NCBI GenBank assembly: GCA_965242695.1
Contig: CBDESU010000002.1
Location: 480,001-544,000 of the forward strand
Source of the DNA: Cenarchaeum sp.
GTDB lineage: Archaea > Thermoproteota > Nitrososphaeria > Nitrososphaerales > Nitrosopumilaceae
DNA: 64,000 nucleotides
Direction of reading: 5' to 3'
Both the position numbers and the translations under genes were made by a program. How positions within the stretch are numbered: position 1 is the first letter of the stretch; every line of letters starts with the position of its first letter. Shown one piece after another: positions 37,219-45,650 of this stretch. The notes under the pieces were generated by a model. That model was not told the DNA's origin. It searched no databases and saw only the letters and a list, made by a program, of their open reading frames with translations.

Positions 37219-37578
37219 CTAGTACGAACCGAGCTTGCGGCAGATTGCGATCGCGGCGGGCGCCGCGGCGCCGATCACGGCAAGCGTCACGAAAGCCATG
37301 GTGCGCGCTTCAGTGGCCTTGAGAGTGATCTCTGTCGCGTCCAGGACGGCGGCCCCCACTCCGCATTCGACCGACGGCTGATCGTCACTGCACAGATCCG
37401 CTCTTGCCGCGTTGATCGCAGGGCCGACCTCGTCCGACGGAGCGGCGGCCTTGCCTATGGCCCACTTGCCGACAGTCTTGGCGTCGCCATCGTCGGCATG
37501 CGCGTGCGTCCCAGCCATGAACGGGGACGCGGCGGCTAGGCCAAGTACGGCAAGGATGCCCGCCGTGGTGGTGTTCAT
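37219..37578 (-). CDS. small secreted/membrane-anchored protein
   Basis: Signal-like MNTTTAGILAVLGLAAASPFMAGTHAHA, two Cys, C-terminal TM plus RK; TTTAATTA box at 37601-08. Confidence 0.65.
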   Translation of the reverse strand: MNTTTAGILAVLGLAAASPFMAGTHAHADDGDAKTVGKWAIGKAAAPSDEVGPAINAARADLCSDDQPSVECGVGAAVLDATEITLKATEARTMAFVTLAVIGAAAPAAIAICRKLGSY

Positions 37579-37858
37579 CAACGGCAGTCAACCCGGGGGG
37601 TAATTAAAGGCCGCGTGCAGCTTGCCCGCAAGTATGAGGCGGCCTAGCGGCCTAGAGGCGCACGCTCGAGTCGCCGGGTGCGATCACCTCGTCGATGACG
37701 CCGGTGGCGCTCCGTTCCTTCGTCCGACAGCACGGAGGCCCGCAGGCATCCCTCCGCAGGGTTGGGAACCTGCGGCCCGATCGCCCTGCAAGATGCCCCT
37801 GCATGGTAAGCGCCATGCTGCATGTGTGGTCGCCTCGGCATCCGTCATGCCGCGCCCT

Positions 37859-37966
37859 GCCGCCTCGGGTGTCGCCCCCGATCGCCGCTATCGCTCCGCA
37901 TTGCATTGCAACGCCGCCGGCTGGTATTTAGCCGCCTCGGGTGTCGCCCCCGATCGCCGCTATCGC
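37859..37966. repeat. 36-bp direct repeat pair with 36-bp spacer (72-bp period)
   Basis: GCCGCCTCGGGTGTCGCCCCCGATCGCCGCTATCGC at 37859-37894 and 37931-37966. Confidence 0.88.
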
Positions 37967-38164
37967 CCCGTCGGCGGACGCCGGTCTAGCGAAGGGAGGG
38001 CGCGGCCCCACCGCGCGCACGCCGTCAGAGTGCCCCGGCCGGATTCAAGGGCGCGGCTTGGCGGTGCTGCATCGGCACGGCCCGCCGGCGCGCCGCACTA
38101 CCGCTGCGGCGCACCGTGAGCCGCAACAGCCAAGGCATAAAGGGCAGGGTTCCGGCCGCCTCCC

Positions 38165-39070
38165 GTGCAGGACGGCGAAGAGGGCGCAAAGGACTACGCC
38201 GACATGTTCAACAGGTTCTTCAGGGATGCTAGGCTGTCGAGCACGTACAAGCCGGTCCTCGTGGCAGCGCTCGTCGACATCAGCGGCGGGGGCGCGGGGG
38301 CGCCGCCGCCGGCCCGGGGAGAGTGGGCGCGCCGCGAGGGGGACCGCATGCGCGTGGACCTCAACCTCGTGGCGGCGCTGTTTGCAAGGTTCTACTGGGA
38401 CATGGCCGCCGGACTGGGATCGAGGCACATGCCGCCGCGCATGGCCGATCCCGACGATCCCGACAAGGACGTGGTCATCGCAAGGCTGATCAAGGAAGAG
38501 ATGGAAAAGGAAAAGAGGAGGGATGCGTACAGAGACATGGCCGACGCCGACGGGGACCTTGCGGGAGGAGGGGCCGAGGAGCCCCGCAGCCGCGGCAGGG
38601 GCTCCCACGCCGGCGGCAGGCCGCCGACGCTGAAGGAGCTCGCCTCGGACGAGAAGGCGGAGTTCAGGAAAAGGGTCATCGACGATGCGATCAAGCCCGA
38701 GGCCCTCAAGCACCTGCTTACCGACATGGGGGACCTCTATACGATATGCCCCGACGAGGACGCCATATTGCTTGACGCGGGGGCCGCCGCACACATGGAG
38801 CGCAACGCCGCGACGATCAGGGCGGCGCTGGGCCACATGATCGTCAAGCGCCTAGAGGCGACCAACCCGTCGGCCCGGCACTTGGCCACCATGGCGGACC
38901 TGAGCGCCGAGTACGCCGCCAAGATTGCAAGGGTAAGGAAGCAGGAGGCCGGGGAGGAGGCGCCGCATGCGCCGCAACAGGACGACATCAGCCCGCTCTA
39001 CACGATGTCGCTCGATCTTGCCGCAGGCCTGGCCAGGCTGTCCAGGCCGAAGGAACAGGGGCAGCGGTAG
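38165..39070 (+). CDS. protein resembling the helical N-terminal domain of HNH endonucleases, no HNH domain
   Basis: LSSTYKPVLVAALVD...FARFYWD...LEATNP; no CxxC/DH/HNH motif; CATAAA box at ~38136. Confidence 0.7.
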   Translation: MQDGEEGAKDYADMFNRFFRDARLSSTYKPVLVAALVDISGGGAGAPPPARGEWARREGDRMRVDLNLVAALFARFYWDMAAGLGSRHMPPRMADPDDPDKDVVIARLIKEEMEKEKRRDAYRDMADADGDLAGGGAEEPRSRGRGSHAGGRPPTLKELASDEKAEFRKRVIDDAIKPEALKHLLTDMGDLYTICPDEDAILLDAGAAAHMERNAATIRAALGHMIVKRLEATNPSARHLATMADLSAEYAAKIARVRKQEAGEEAPHAPQQDDISPLYTMSLDLAAGLARLSRPKEQGQR

Positions 39071-39153
39071 CGGGGGCCAGAAGGGCGGCGGCGACGCCAA
39101 TGGCGGGGCATAGTGGCCGACGGTGGATCCGGAACGATCGGCGCAAGGTGCGC

Positions 39154-39462
39154 CTATATTTTTACTATTCGAAAGCTGGTGTTCTTGTGCCTGTCGGCGT
39201 AGCCCCTGAACACCATGTGCTGTGCGCGATCTGCATCGTATGACTCCGCCGTTTCTACCTCGATTATCCTCGTTGACCCTCCCTTTTTGGCTATGATGTC
39301 GGGGCGCCTACGATTGCCGCCGTTGCGATCGCAGAGGGCGTCAGGGCTGGGATAGCCCGGCACGTCGGCGCTTACGCTGTAGCCGTCGCCGGCCAGCCTG
39401 TCGGCGATGCGCTTTACCTCCCTGTCGTGCCTAGACTGGCCTGATGCGCTACGCTTGGCCAT
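39154..39462 (-). CDS. minimal PD-(D/E)XK nuclease-like protein, copy 1
   Basis: HDREV...GYSVSADVPGYPSP...RRPDIIAKKGGSTRIIEVET; TGATG overlap with the upstream gene. Confidence 0.8.
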   Translation of the reverse strand: MAKRSASGQSRHDREVKRIADRLAGDGYSVSADVPGYPSPDALCDRNGGNRRRPDIIAKKGGSTRIIEVETAESYDADRAQHMVFRGYADRHKNTSFRIVKI

Positions 39463-39767
39463 CAGGATTCACCACACGGCGGGGATTCCGAGAGCCTCAC
39501 CTGGCCTTCTATCGCTCTCCTGTAGTCGTCGTCAGAGTCGCCCGTGTACAGGACGGCGAATGCGCGCCGGCCTTCAGTGTTCTGCTCCCAGCACTGCTCG
39601 CGGTCGTGGTCGGCTATCCTCGTGGCCACCTTGCCGGACTCGCCGACATCGATGCAGCTGCGTGGCGTCCCATCACTGTTCATATCCAAGACGACGTAAA
39701 CGCCCGGCAGGTCGGCAAGTTCGTACTCGTCGTACGGGCCTTCAAAGTCATAACCGCCTATTTCCAA
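39462..39767 (-). CDS. minimal GIY-YIG nuclease-like protein, copy 1
   Basis: TTG 39767 after a TTAAATATA box (39791-99); PGVYVVL...IDVGES..V.TRI..H...E..V......PCG. Confidence 0.8.
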   Translation of the reverse strand: MEIGGYDFEGPYDEYELADLPGVYVVLDMNSDGTPRSCIDVGESGKVATRIADHDREQCWEQNTEGRRAFAVLYTGDSDDDYRRAIEGQVRLSESPPCGES

Positions 39768-40236
39768 CTTGAGGGGCGGGCTCCAGGAAGTATATTTAAG
39801 CCTGCTGATCGGCGATATGACGCCTACGATCGCGCATAGCATGCCCAAAAGTAGGGGATCTCCGACGCGCCGGCCATCCCCATTGGGCGTGAAGTGCAGG
39901 GAGCTCGCATTCCGTCCGCACCGCCGTGCCGTGCCCGCAGGCGCGGCAACGGGGATGAGTATCGCATACGTGGGGAGAGAACGCCTCCTGCCAGGCGCAC
40001 CAACCCCGTCCACCCTACCCCATGCACTCCCTCTGAGATGCCTCCAAGGGCCTCTACACGGGGCTCCTCACGCCAGCGGGGAATCGCGCTGCAGTCTGGC
40101 GCCGGCGAGTCCCAGACGACTGGCGACGCCATGTTCGTGCCGCATCCGGGTGGCGGCGAGATCCCGACGCATGGCGGGTCGGCAGGCGCGGCAGGTGGCG
40201 GCCCGGCCGCGATCGCGCGGGTCACAGCATTTGCGG

Positions 40237-40800
40237 CTAGGATAGGATGGCGGCCACAACTACGATAAGAGTAAGTACGATAGACGAAGCAAAGGAAATT
40301 TGTGCATACCTTAGCCGCCGCGCTTTTTCCTTGTTTGTCTCCTCCAGCTTGACAAGGGCCCGCGCATATTCAGCGATCCTCGACTTGTAAAAGCCCTCTT
40401 CGCTTTGGACCAAGGCCGCATACGTCTTCTCGTCAAGCTCGTCGCAGCACAGCAGGCGCTTCCCCACAATCGTCACAGGGTGCGACGACACCCTATCAAC
40501 AAACACGCAGAACACGATCGCTAGGAGGAGTCCGGTCACAGGGACAACCGCCATATACGAAACATATGACTCCAAAACAAGACGGCCCGCTTCATGCGCC
40601 ATCGCTGCAGTGACAATCAGGGCTGCCACTAGCGCAGATGCGACCATGCAGTTTTGCGCCTTTTTCTCCAGGTTTTCGTTTGCCCTGTCGTGAATGTGGT
40701 ACTGGCCCTTGACCTCCTCATAGACCTGTCTTGACGCTTGTGGCGTACCTTGTTCGTCGCCCCCTGCCGCTCCCTCGGGCCCCTGCTCCCCTCCGCTCAC
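40237..40800 (-). CDS. three-TM membrane protein (PycTM/SLATT-like topology)
   Basis: GTG 40800; NENLEKKA then two TMs, a soluble loop, TNKEKARRLRYAQ and a C-terminal TM. Confidence 0.7.
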   Translation of the reverse strand: MSGGEQGPEGAAGGDEQGTPQASRQVYEEVKGQYHIHDRANENLEKKAQNCMVASALVAALIVTAAMAHEAGRLVLESYVSYMAVVPVTGLLLAIVFCVFVDRVSSHPVTIVGKRLLCCDELDEKTYAALVQSEEGFYKSRIAEYARALVKLEETNKEKARRLRYAQISFASSIVLTLIVVVAAILS

Positions 40801-40820
40801 GAGGCCAGGCCACAACCCAC

Positions 40821-40830
40821 TTATATTAAT
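40821..40830. promoter_or_regulatory. bidirectional TATA-like box
   Basis: TTATATTAAT lies 21-30 bp from GTG 40800 (-) and 17-26 bp from GTG 40847 (+). Confidence 0.55.
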
Positions 40831-40846
40831 CACAGGGTGTCCGGCA

Positions 40847-40948
40847 GTGGCAGAGGGCGAGAAGCGGAGGCGAGAGCAGCCAACACTTGGCGGCGTGATC
40901 AAAAAGGTAAAGCACACTGAGTCTGGCGGTGGCGGCGGGCAAAAATAG
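40847..40948 (+). CDS. 33-aa micro-ORF
   Basis: MAEGEKRRREQPTLGGVIKKVKHTESGGGGGQK; TATA upstream; similar to the next micro-ORF. Confidence 0.4.
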   Translation: MAEGEKRRREQPTLGGVIKKVKHTESGGGGGQK

Positions 40949-40988
40949 GCTAAAGCCTCTTATAGCGGTAGTGGACAAAGCCGTCCAA

Positions 40989-41084
40989 ATGGGTGATGAT
41001 GAAAAACCCAAGCAAGTCACAACTCGACTTAGCGGGGAAATTAAGAAGGCACTGACCGCGTCCGACGAGAGCGACAAAGAGTAG
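40989..41084 (+). CDS. 31-aa micro-ORF
   Basis: MGDDEKPKQVTTRLSGEIKKALTASDESDKE; has its own CTTATAG box at 40959-65. Confidence 0.45.
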   Translation: MGDDEKPKQVTTRLSGEIKKALTASDESDKE

Positions 41085-41414
41085 ACGCGGGCAGGGCCGA
41101 AGAGCGGCGGCGTGCAGGGAGACTGTGCCCACTGTGTAGCCCAAGCGTCCCTAGCCCTCTGCTGAAAAGCCGGCGTCCGGTCGTTGCGAACCATGGCAAC
41201 GGCGGTCCGGTGGAGCAGGGCAAGCGGCCACTGCCGGCTCTTGCCGACGCCCACGCGCAGTGCCGCTAGCCTGCCGGCCTTGCTCCCCGCACGCTGATCG
41301 ACGGGCCAAAAAGTCCCGCAGCCTCTGGCCTCGCGGCAGCAGCCGCATGGGATGCTTGCGCCAGCGCGCGGCCGCAGCCTCCGGAAGAGGCAGGGCCCAA
41401 AGCCAGGGCCCTCC

Positions 41415-41960
41415 CTAGCCGTAGAGCTCGATGGCCGCCCTGCAGTCCAGCTCCATGCGGGCGGCAAAGGAGCGGGCGTGGTGCATGGACTCGTAGACAA
41501 GGCGGCTGGCGCTGGCGGCCTCCCTTGCGGCGTTTGCCACGGTCGGCGCAAGGTGCGGGGCGGCGGTGGATATGGGGCCCTTCTCCAGGTTGGCAAGCAC
41601 TTCGCTTTCGGTGGGGGCAATCCTGCGGGCGAGGGCAGTGTTCGGATCGACTTCGTCGGCAATGGCGGCAGCGGCGGCGGCGGCCGCCCTCGCCTCATCG
41701 GCGTCGGATGCTGTGCGGGCAAGCACCCCGCCGTCGCCATCCTCGTTGGACAGGGCGCGCACGGCCTTGGCAGAGTCGTCTGCAATGTCGGCGACCACCT
41801 TGGCCGCCGCCGCGACCGCATTGGCCACGCCGTCAGCCACATCGCCTGCGGAGCGGTCGCCGGCGGCCCCCCTTGCGACGGCGCGGGCGGCATCACCCGC
41901 ATGCCTGGCGATCCGGCCTGCGCGCCCGGCGCCAAAATCGTAGCCTGCTACGGGAGCCAT
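41415..41960 (-). CDS. Ala-rich helical hypothetical protein
   Basis: ATG 41960 after a CTATAT box (~41984-89); amphipathic Ala/Asp-rich helices. Confidence 0.55.
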   Translation of the reverse strand: MAPVAGYDFGAGRAGRIARHAGDAARAVARGAAGDRSAGDVADGVANAVAAAAKVVADIADDSAKAVRALSNEDGDGGVLARTASDADEARAAAAAAAAIADEVDPNTALARRIAPTESEVLANLEKGPISTAAPHLAPTVANAAREAASASRLVYESMHHARSFAARMELDCRAAIELYG

Positions 41961-42445
41961 CGTGCGCGGGCCGCCGCGGCGCCATATAGGTGTCCTTCGC
42001 GCAAGTCGGAATGCGGGCATCGGGCTGTACGAGGCGCCGGCCTGTCCTGCGATCGCCATCGTTCCCGCGAACGAGCGGATCCGAGCCCGGCGCGCCGCGC
42101 CCAGTGCGAGACCTGCCGGCGCGGGCGGAGGGGCCGGGGCGGGCGGGCCGCGCCTCCGGACCATTGGGCGATCCCCTGCGCGCCGCGTCTCGGCAGGCGG
42201 CGCGGCGGGCGCGGCGGGCGCGGCGGCGGGCACCGGGCAATCGGGTGCGGCGGGCGCAGTCCCGCACGGGCCGCGCGGGCATCGCTGTGCGGGCCGGATG
42301 CATAACGATGGCAATCTGCGCCCGGATGTCCTGCGGGGCGACATGTCGATGTGCCGCTTGCACCAGCTCGGAGATCTGGCGGGCGTTGATCCGCCCGCTG
42401 CGTGTCAGATGCGGATCGGCCTTTTGTCTAGGCCGCGAGGCGCCG

Positions 42446-42751
42446 TCAACAGATGCGCACGCTGCTAGTCGTATTTGTGCGACCATTGGCGTATGCCCTG
42501 AACGCGGCATGCTGGCTGCGATCCTTGCGGTACGACTCGGGCGTTTCCCATTCAATGACGCGCGTCTTGCCGTCCTTTTTGGCCACGATGTCGGGGCGCC
42601 GGCGGCCGCCGGGGCCGCCCACGGTGGGCGGGCGGGGGAACCCACGGATGTCGGCCTGCACGTCCCAGCCGCTGCGCTTCAGCGATCGGGCGTGCCCCCT
42701 CACGGCTGCGTCGTGCTTGGACTGCCCCCGCTTTGAGCGCGCCGCCATCAT
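42446..42751 (-). CDS. minimal PD-(D/E)XK nuclease-like protein, copy 2
   Basis: GQSKHD...GWDVQADIRGFPRP...RRPDIVAKKDGKTRVIEWETPESY; clear paralog of 39154-39462. Confidence 0.8.
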   Translation of the reverse strand: MMAARSKRGQSKHDAAVRGHARSLKRSGWDVQADIRGFPRPPTVGGPGGRRRPDIVAKKDGKTRVIEWETPESYRKDRSQHAAFRAYANGRTNTTSSVRIC

Positions 42752-43065
42752 CGATCACCACACGGGAAGCTGGCCTTTGTCCGTATCACCTGTTCCCAGG
42801 CCATCCTGTCTTTCTGCCTCTTGCCCGGCAGGTATCGCACCGCAAATACAATATCTCCGAGCGCATTCCTGCGCCAGCAGGGCCTCCTATCGTGCCCTGC
42901 CACCCTAGTCCGAACGGAGGATGATTCGCCTACATCAATGTAGAAGTATTCGTCCTCATACCCGGTGCTGCGGTGATCGAGGACCACGTACACGCCGGAG
43001 GCGTCCCGCAGGCCGCTCTCTTTGTACGGCCCTGAGAAGGACCAGCCTTCTATCGTGATTGTCAT
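42748..43065 (-). CDS. minimal GIY-YIG nuclease-like protein, copy 2
   Basis: FSGPY...SGVYVVLD...YIDVGESSSVRTRVAGHDR..CW...WEQVIR....PCG; paralog of 39462-39767; AT-rich box at 43089-43103. Confidence 0.8.
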   Translation of the reverse strand: MTITIEGWSFSGPYKESGLRDASGVYVVLDHRSTGYEDEYFYIDVGESSSVRTRVAGHDRRPCWRRNALGDIVFAVRYLPGKRQKDRMAWEQVIRTKASFPCGDR

Positions 43066-43105
43066 TCGGCCTGCGGGGATTTGCGCGTGTATATGAATAT
43101 ATTTT

Positions 43106-43299
43106 GGCGCCGGGCGTGCCCCCAAACGCGGCCGCAGGCGCGGGGCCGGGGTTGGCGGGCGCCGGGCGTGCCCCCAAACGCGGCCGCAGGCGCGGGGCCG
43201 GGGTTGGCGGGCGCCGGGCGTGCCCCCAAACGCGGCCGCAGGCGCGGGGCCGTGGTTGGCGGGCGCCGGGCGTGCCCCCAAACGCGGCCGCAGGCGCGG
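43106..43299. repeat. 52-bp tandem repeat, about 3.7 copies
   Basis: GGCGCCGGGCGTGCCCCCAAACGCGGCCGCAGGCGCGGGGCCGGGGTTGGCG starting at 43106, 43158, 43210 and 43262. Confidence 0.92.
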
Positions 43300-43386
43300 C
43301 CAGGGGCAGTTGGCGCCCAGGGGGTGGTAATTTCCTTAAAGTGCGGGCGGATATGCTTTTGTAGAGTTGGGCGGCGGAGGCGGCCG

Positions 43387-43872
43387 ATGGGCAGCGTGCC
43401 TACATGGGTCGAGTCCTACGGGGGCCTGTGCGCCAAGTACGGGGGCGGCCTGGCCATGATGGGCATTGACGGCGTGGGCATCGCGGTCTATACCTACCTG
43501 TTCTACCGCAGGGCGACGGGCGACGGCGATCCCATCTCGGCGCCCGGCATCGCCGGGAAGATAGCCCCCATCTCGGCCCACCTGCCGGAGGAGTACAGGA
43601 TGCCCTACACCGAAAAGACCGTCAGGACGGCGCTGGCCAAGCTCGTCGATCTGGGCCTGGCAGAGTCCGTAGAGGCCCCAAAAAGGCCGAGGGCTGCGGG
43701 GCGGCCGGCCGCCCTTGCGTACAAGGCTGCCGCCCTGAGCGAGGCGACAGCCCGCATCGGCGCCGTCCTCGACGGCTACAAGAGCTCCATACTCGACGCG
43801 CTCGGCACGTTTGAGCAGATAGAGGAGGGAGTGGCGCTGGGCGCGCAGGGCCGCGGGGGCGCGCGCCAATGA
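43387..43872 (+). CDS. TrmB/ArsR-like winged-helix regulator
   Basis: IAVYTYL...PISAPGIA...TVRTALAKLVDLGLAE...GRP...YKA; ATGA overlap with the next gene. Confidence 0.75.
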   Translation: MGSVPTWVESYGGLCAKYGGGLAMMGIDGVGIAVYTYLFYRRATGDGDPISAPGIAGKIAPISAHLPEEYRMPYTEKTVRTALAKLVDLGLAESVEAPKRPRAAGRPAALAYKAAALSEATARIGAVLDGYKSSILDALGTFEQIEEGVALGAQGRGGARQ

Positions 43873-44333
43873 CCACCGGCGACATCTACGTGCCCCTAAA
43901 GCTGATCGAGTGCGAGGGGGGAAGCCTGAGGGGCAAGGTGCGCCTCCAAAAGCTCGCGTTTCTCGTCCAGGACGAGTGCGGCGCGGTAGACTATGGATTC
44001 CAGGCGGCGCCGCTCGGCCCGCTGTCGTACCCCCTGAACGCCACGATGTCGCGCCTGCAGGATCTCGGCATGGTCGACGAGACGCGGGAGCCGACTCCGT
44101 CGGGCAATACAGTGTTCTGCTACTCGCTCACGGAGCACGGCAAATCCCTCTTGCGGGCGATGGACGATGAAAACCAGGCCGGCAGGGACCTACAAGATGC
44201 CGTCCGATCGACGTACGACAGGTACGGCAACATGAGCTACATCGAACTGCTCGACCTGGTCCACCAAGAGCATCCACAGTACCACCTGAAGGACATCCCC
44301 ATCGGGGACTTTCTCGGAGGCCGGGGCGCTTGA
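43869..44333 (+). CDS. YwgA/SocA(Panacea)-like wHTH protein
   Basis: LRGKVRLQKLAFLVQ...YGFQAAPLGPLS..L....RLQDLGMV...YSLTEHG...ELLDLVHQEHP. Confidence 0.82.
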   Translation: MTTGDIYVPLKLIECEGGSLRGKVRLQKLAFLVQDECGAVDYGFQAAPLGPLSYPLNATMSRLQDLGMVDETREPTPSGNTVFCYSLTEHGKSLLRAMDDENQAGRDLQDAVRSTYDRYGNMSYIELLDLVHQEHPQYHLKDIPIGDFLGGRGA

Positions 44334-45649
44334 CATCGGGCGCGATGCCTTTGCCAAGGCCAGCCACGGGGGCGCCTCGGGCCGAAGGGGCGGCAGGCAA
44401 GAAGAAGAGGGGAGGCGCGGGCGGGGCGCAACCGCCGTTGCCTGGCGGGCCGGCGCGGGCGGGGCTTGGACGGCCGGCAGGCAACGGCCGCAGGCGGAGG
44501 TTGCATGCCCGCGTGGCGCATTCCCGTGCCGGAGGGGGCGCGCGGGCAGTGCCGCGCATGGCCCCGTCGGGTACAAGCGGGCAGGCAGACGGCATGCGGA
44601 TTCCCAGTGCGGCCACGCCACCGCGCGCCGGGCAGCGGCGGGCCCATGCGGCGGATGCCGGCGCCGCACGTGGGGCGAGGAGGAGCGGAGAGAGCGCCGA
44701 GTCTTCCGCAAAACCGCCTGTAGGGCAGGCGGGCGGAGTGGACGCAGGCAGCATCCAGGCGGCGGGCGGGGCTGGGAGGGGCGGGGCCGGCGCGCGCCCC
44801 CGCGGCGGCGCCGACGGAGCGGGCGGGGCAGCCCCCGCAGGACAACCGCGGCAGCAGCCGCCGGACGGGCAGGGCGCGCGCGCCGGGCCGCGCCTTGATC
44901 TAGATCTTGCGTACATCATGAAGGATTCGGAGTATGTCGCCAAGGGCCAGGTTGTGCGACCCAACGGGTTCGACGCATACATGCGCGGAAGGGTGAGCCC
45001 AAGACACCTAGACGCCGCGGGCGCAAAGATCATCAGGGACATGCTCGGCCATGTCGTCACGAGTGACTTTGGGATCAGCATGCTGGACGAGATCCTGTCC
45101 CCGTCTCCGTCGAGCAGGCAGGCATGGCGGGTCGGCGAGTCCCTTGCCGAGTGCTTTCTGGAAGACCACGAGGAAGCGCTGTTCCCGTACCCGTATTCGC
45201 GCGACGTAAAGAGCGACAGCGCCAGCCACGCGGGCGCCGACTTGTCCGGCTACTCGCTCGGAGGCCCCAACGGCAAGGCCATGTTCCTGTTCGGCGAGAC
45301 AAAGACGTCGGACGAGGCGAGGCGGCCCCCGAGGGTTGCAAGAAGCCTGGGCGGCCAGATGGACGCCCTGTGCTCGCCAAAAGCCCGAAGGGCACTGATA
45401 AGGCGACTATGCATCAGGGCCGGCGAGCGGGGAGACGAGCGGCTCATGGCGCTTCACGGCGAGTCCATGACGTCATATCAGGCAAGAAAGTTCAGGCTGG
45501 TGGGCGTCCTAATCCGCGGCACTGGCGCCGACCGGAGGGATCTAGTGGCGGCGTTCAACAGGGTCAAGGCGGGGCGCTGCGCCAAGCGGCTGGACCTGAT
45601 CTCGCTGTACCTGCCGGTGCCGGCGGACAGCCTCGGCGGCATGCTGTAA
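44330..45649 (+). CDS. hamA: Hachiman HamA-like PD-(D/E)XK nuclease
   Basis: WRVGESLAECFL...RDVK..SASHAGADLSGY...FLFGETKTS, directly upstream of a Ski2-like helicase. The first ~195 aa are low-complexity, so the true start may be ATG 44918. Confidence 0.68.
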   Translation: MTSGAMPLPRPATGAPRAEGAAGKKKRGGAGGAQPPLPGGPARAGLGRPAGNGRRRRLHARVAHSRAGGGARAVPRMAPSGTSGQADGMRIPSAATPPRAGQRRAHAADAGAARGARRSGESAESSAKPPVGQAGGVDAGSIQAAGGAGRGGAGARPRGGADGAGGAAPAGQPRQQPPDGQGARAGPRLDLDLAYIMKDSEYVAKGQVVRPNGFDAYMRGRVSPRHLDAAGAKIIRDMLGHVVTSDFGISMLDEILSPSPSSRQAWRVGESLAECFLEDHEEALFPYPYSRDVKSDSASHAGADLSGYSLGGPNGKAMFLFGETKTSDEARRPPRVARSLGGQMDALCSPKARRALIRRLCIRAGERGDERLMALHGESMTSYQARKFRLVGVLIRGTGADRRDLVAAFNRVKAGRCAKRLDLISLYLPVPADSLGGML

Positions 45650-45650
45650 G

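Noticed and set aside
37859-37966. bona fide CRISPR array
   Set aside because: Only two repeats, no AT-rich leader, no typical repeat ends, no cas genes; kept as a repeat finding only.
31163-40800. Pycsar (cyclase + TM effector)
   Set aside because: The two genes are about 8 kb apart with unrelated genes between, and the cyclase has a non-Pycsar architecture.
43106-43299. possible CRISPR array
   Set aside because: Units are head-to-tail near-identical with no unique spacers; no cas genes.
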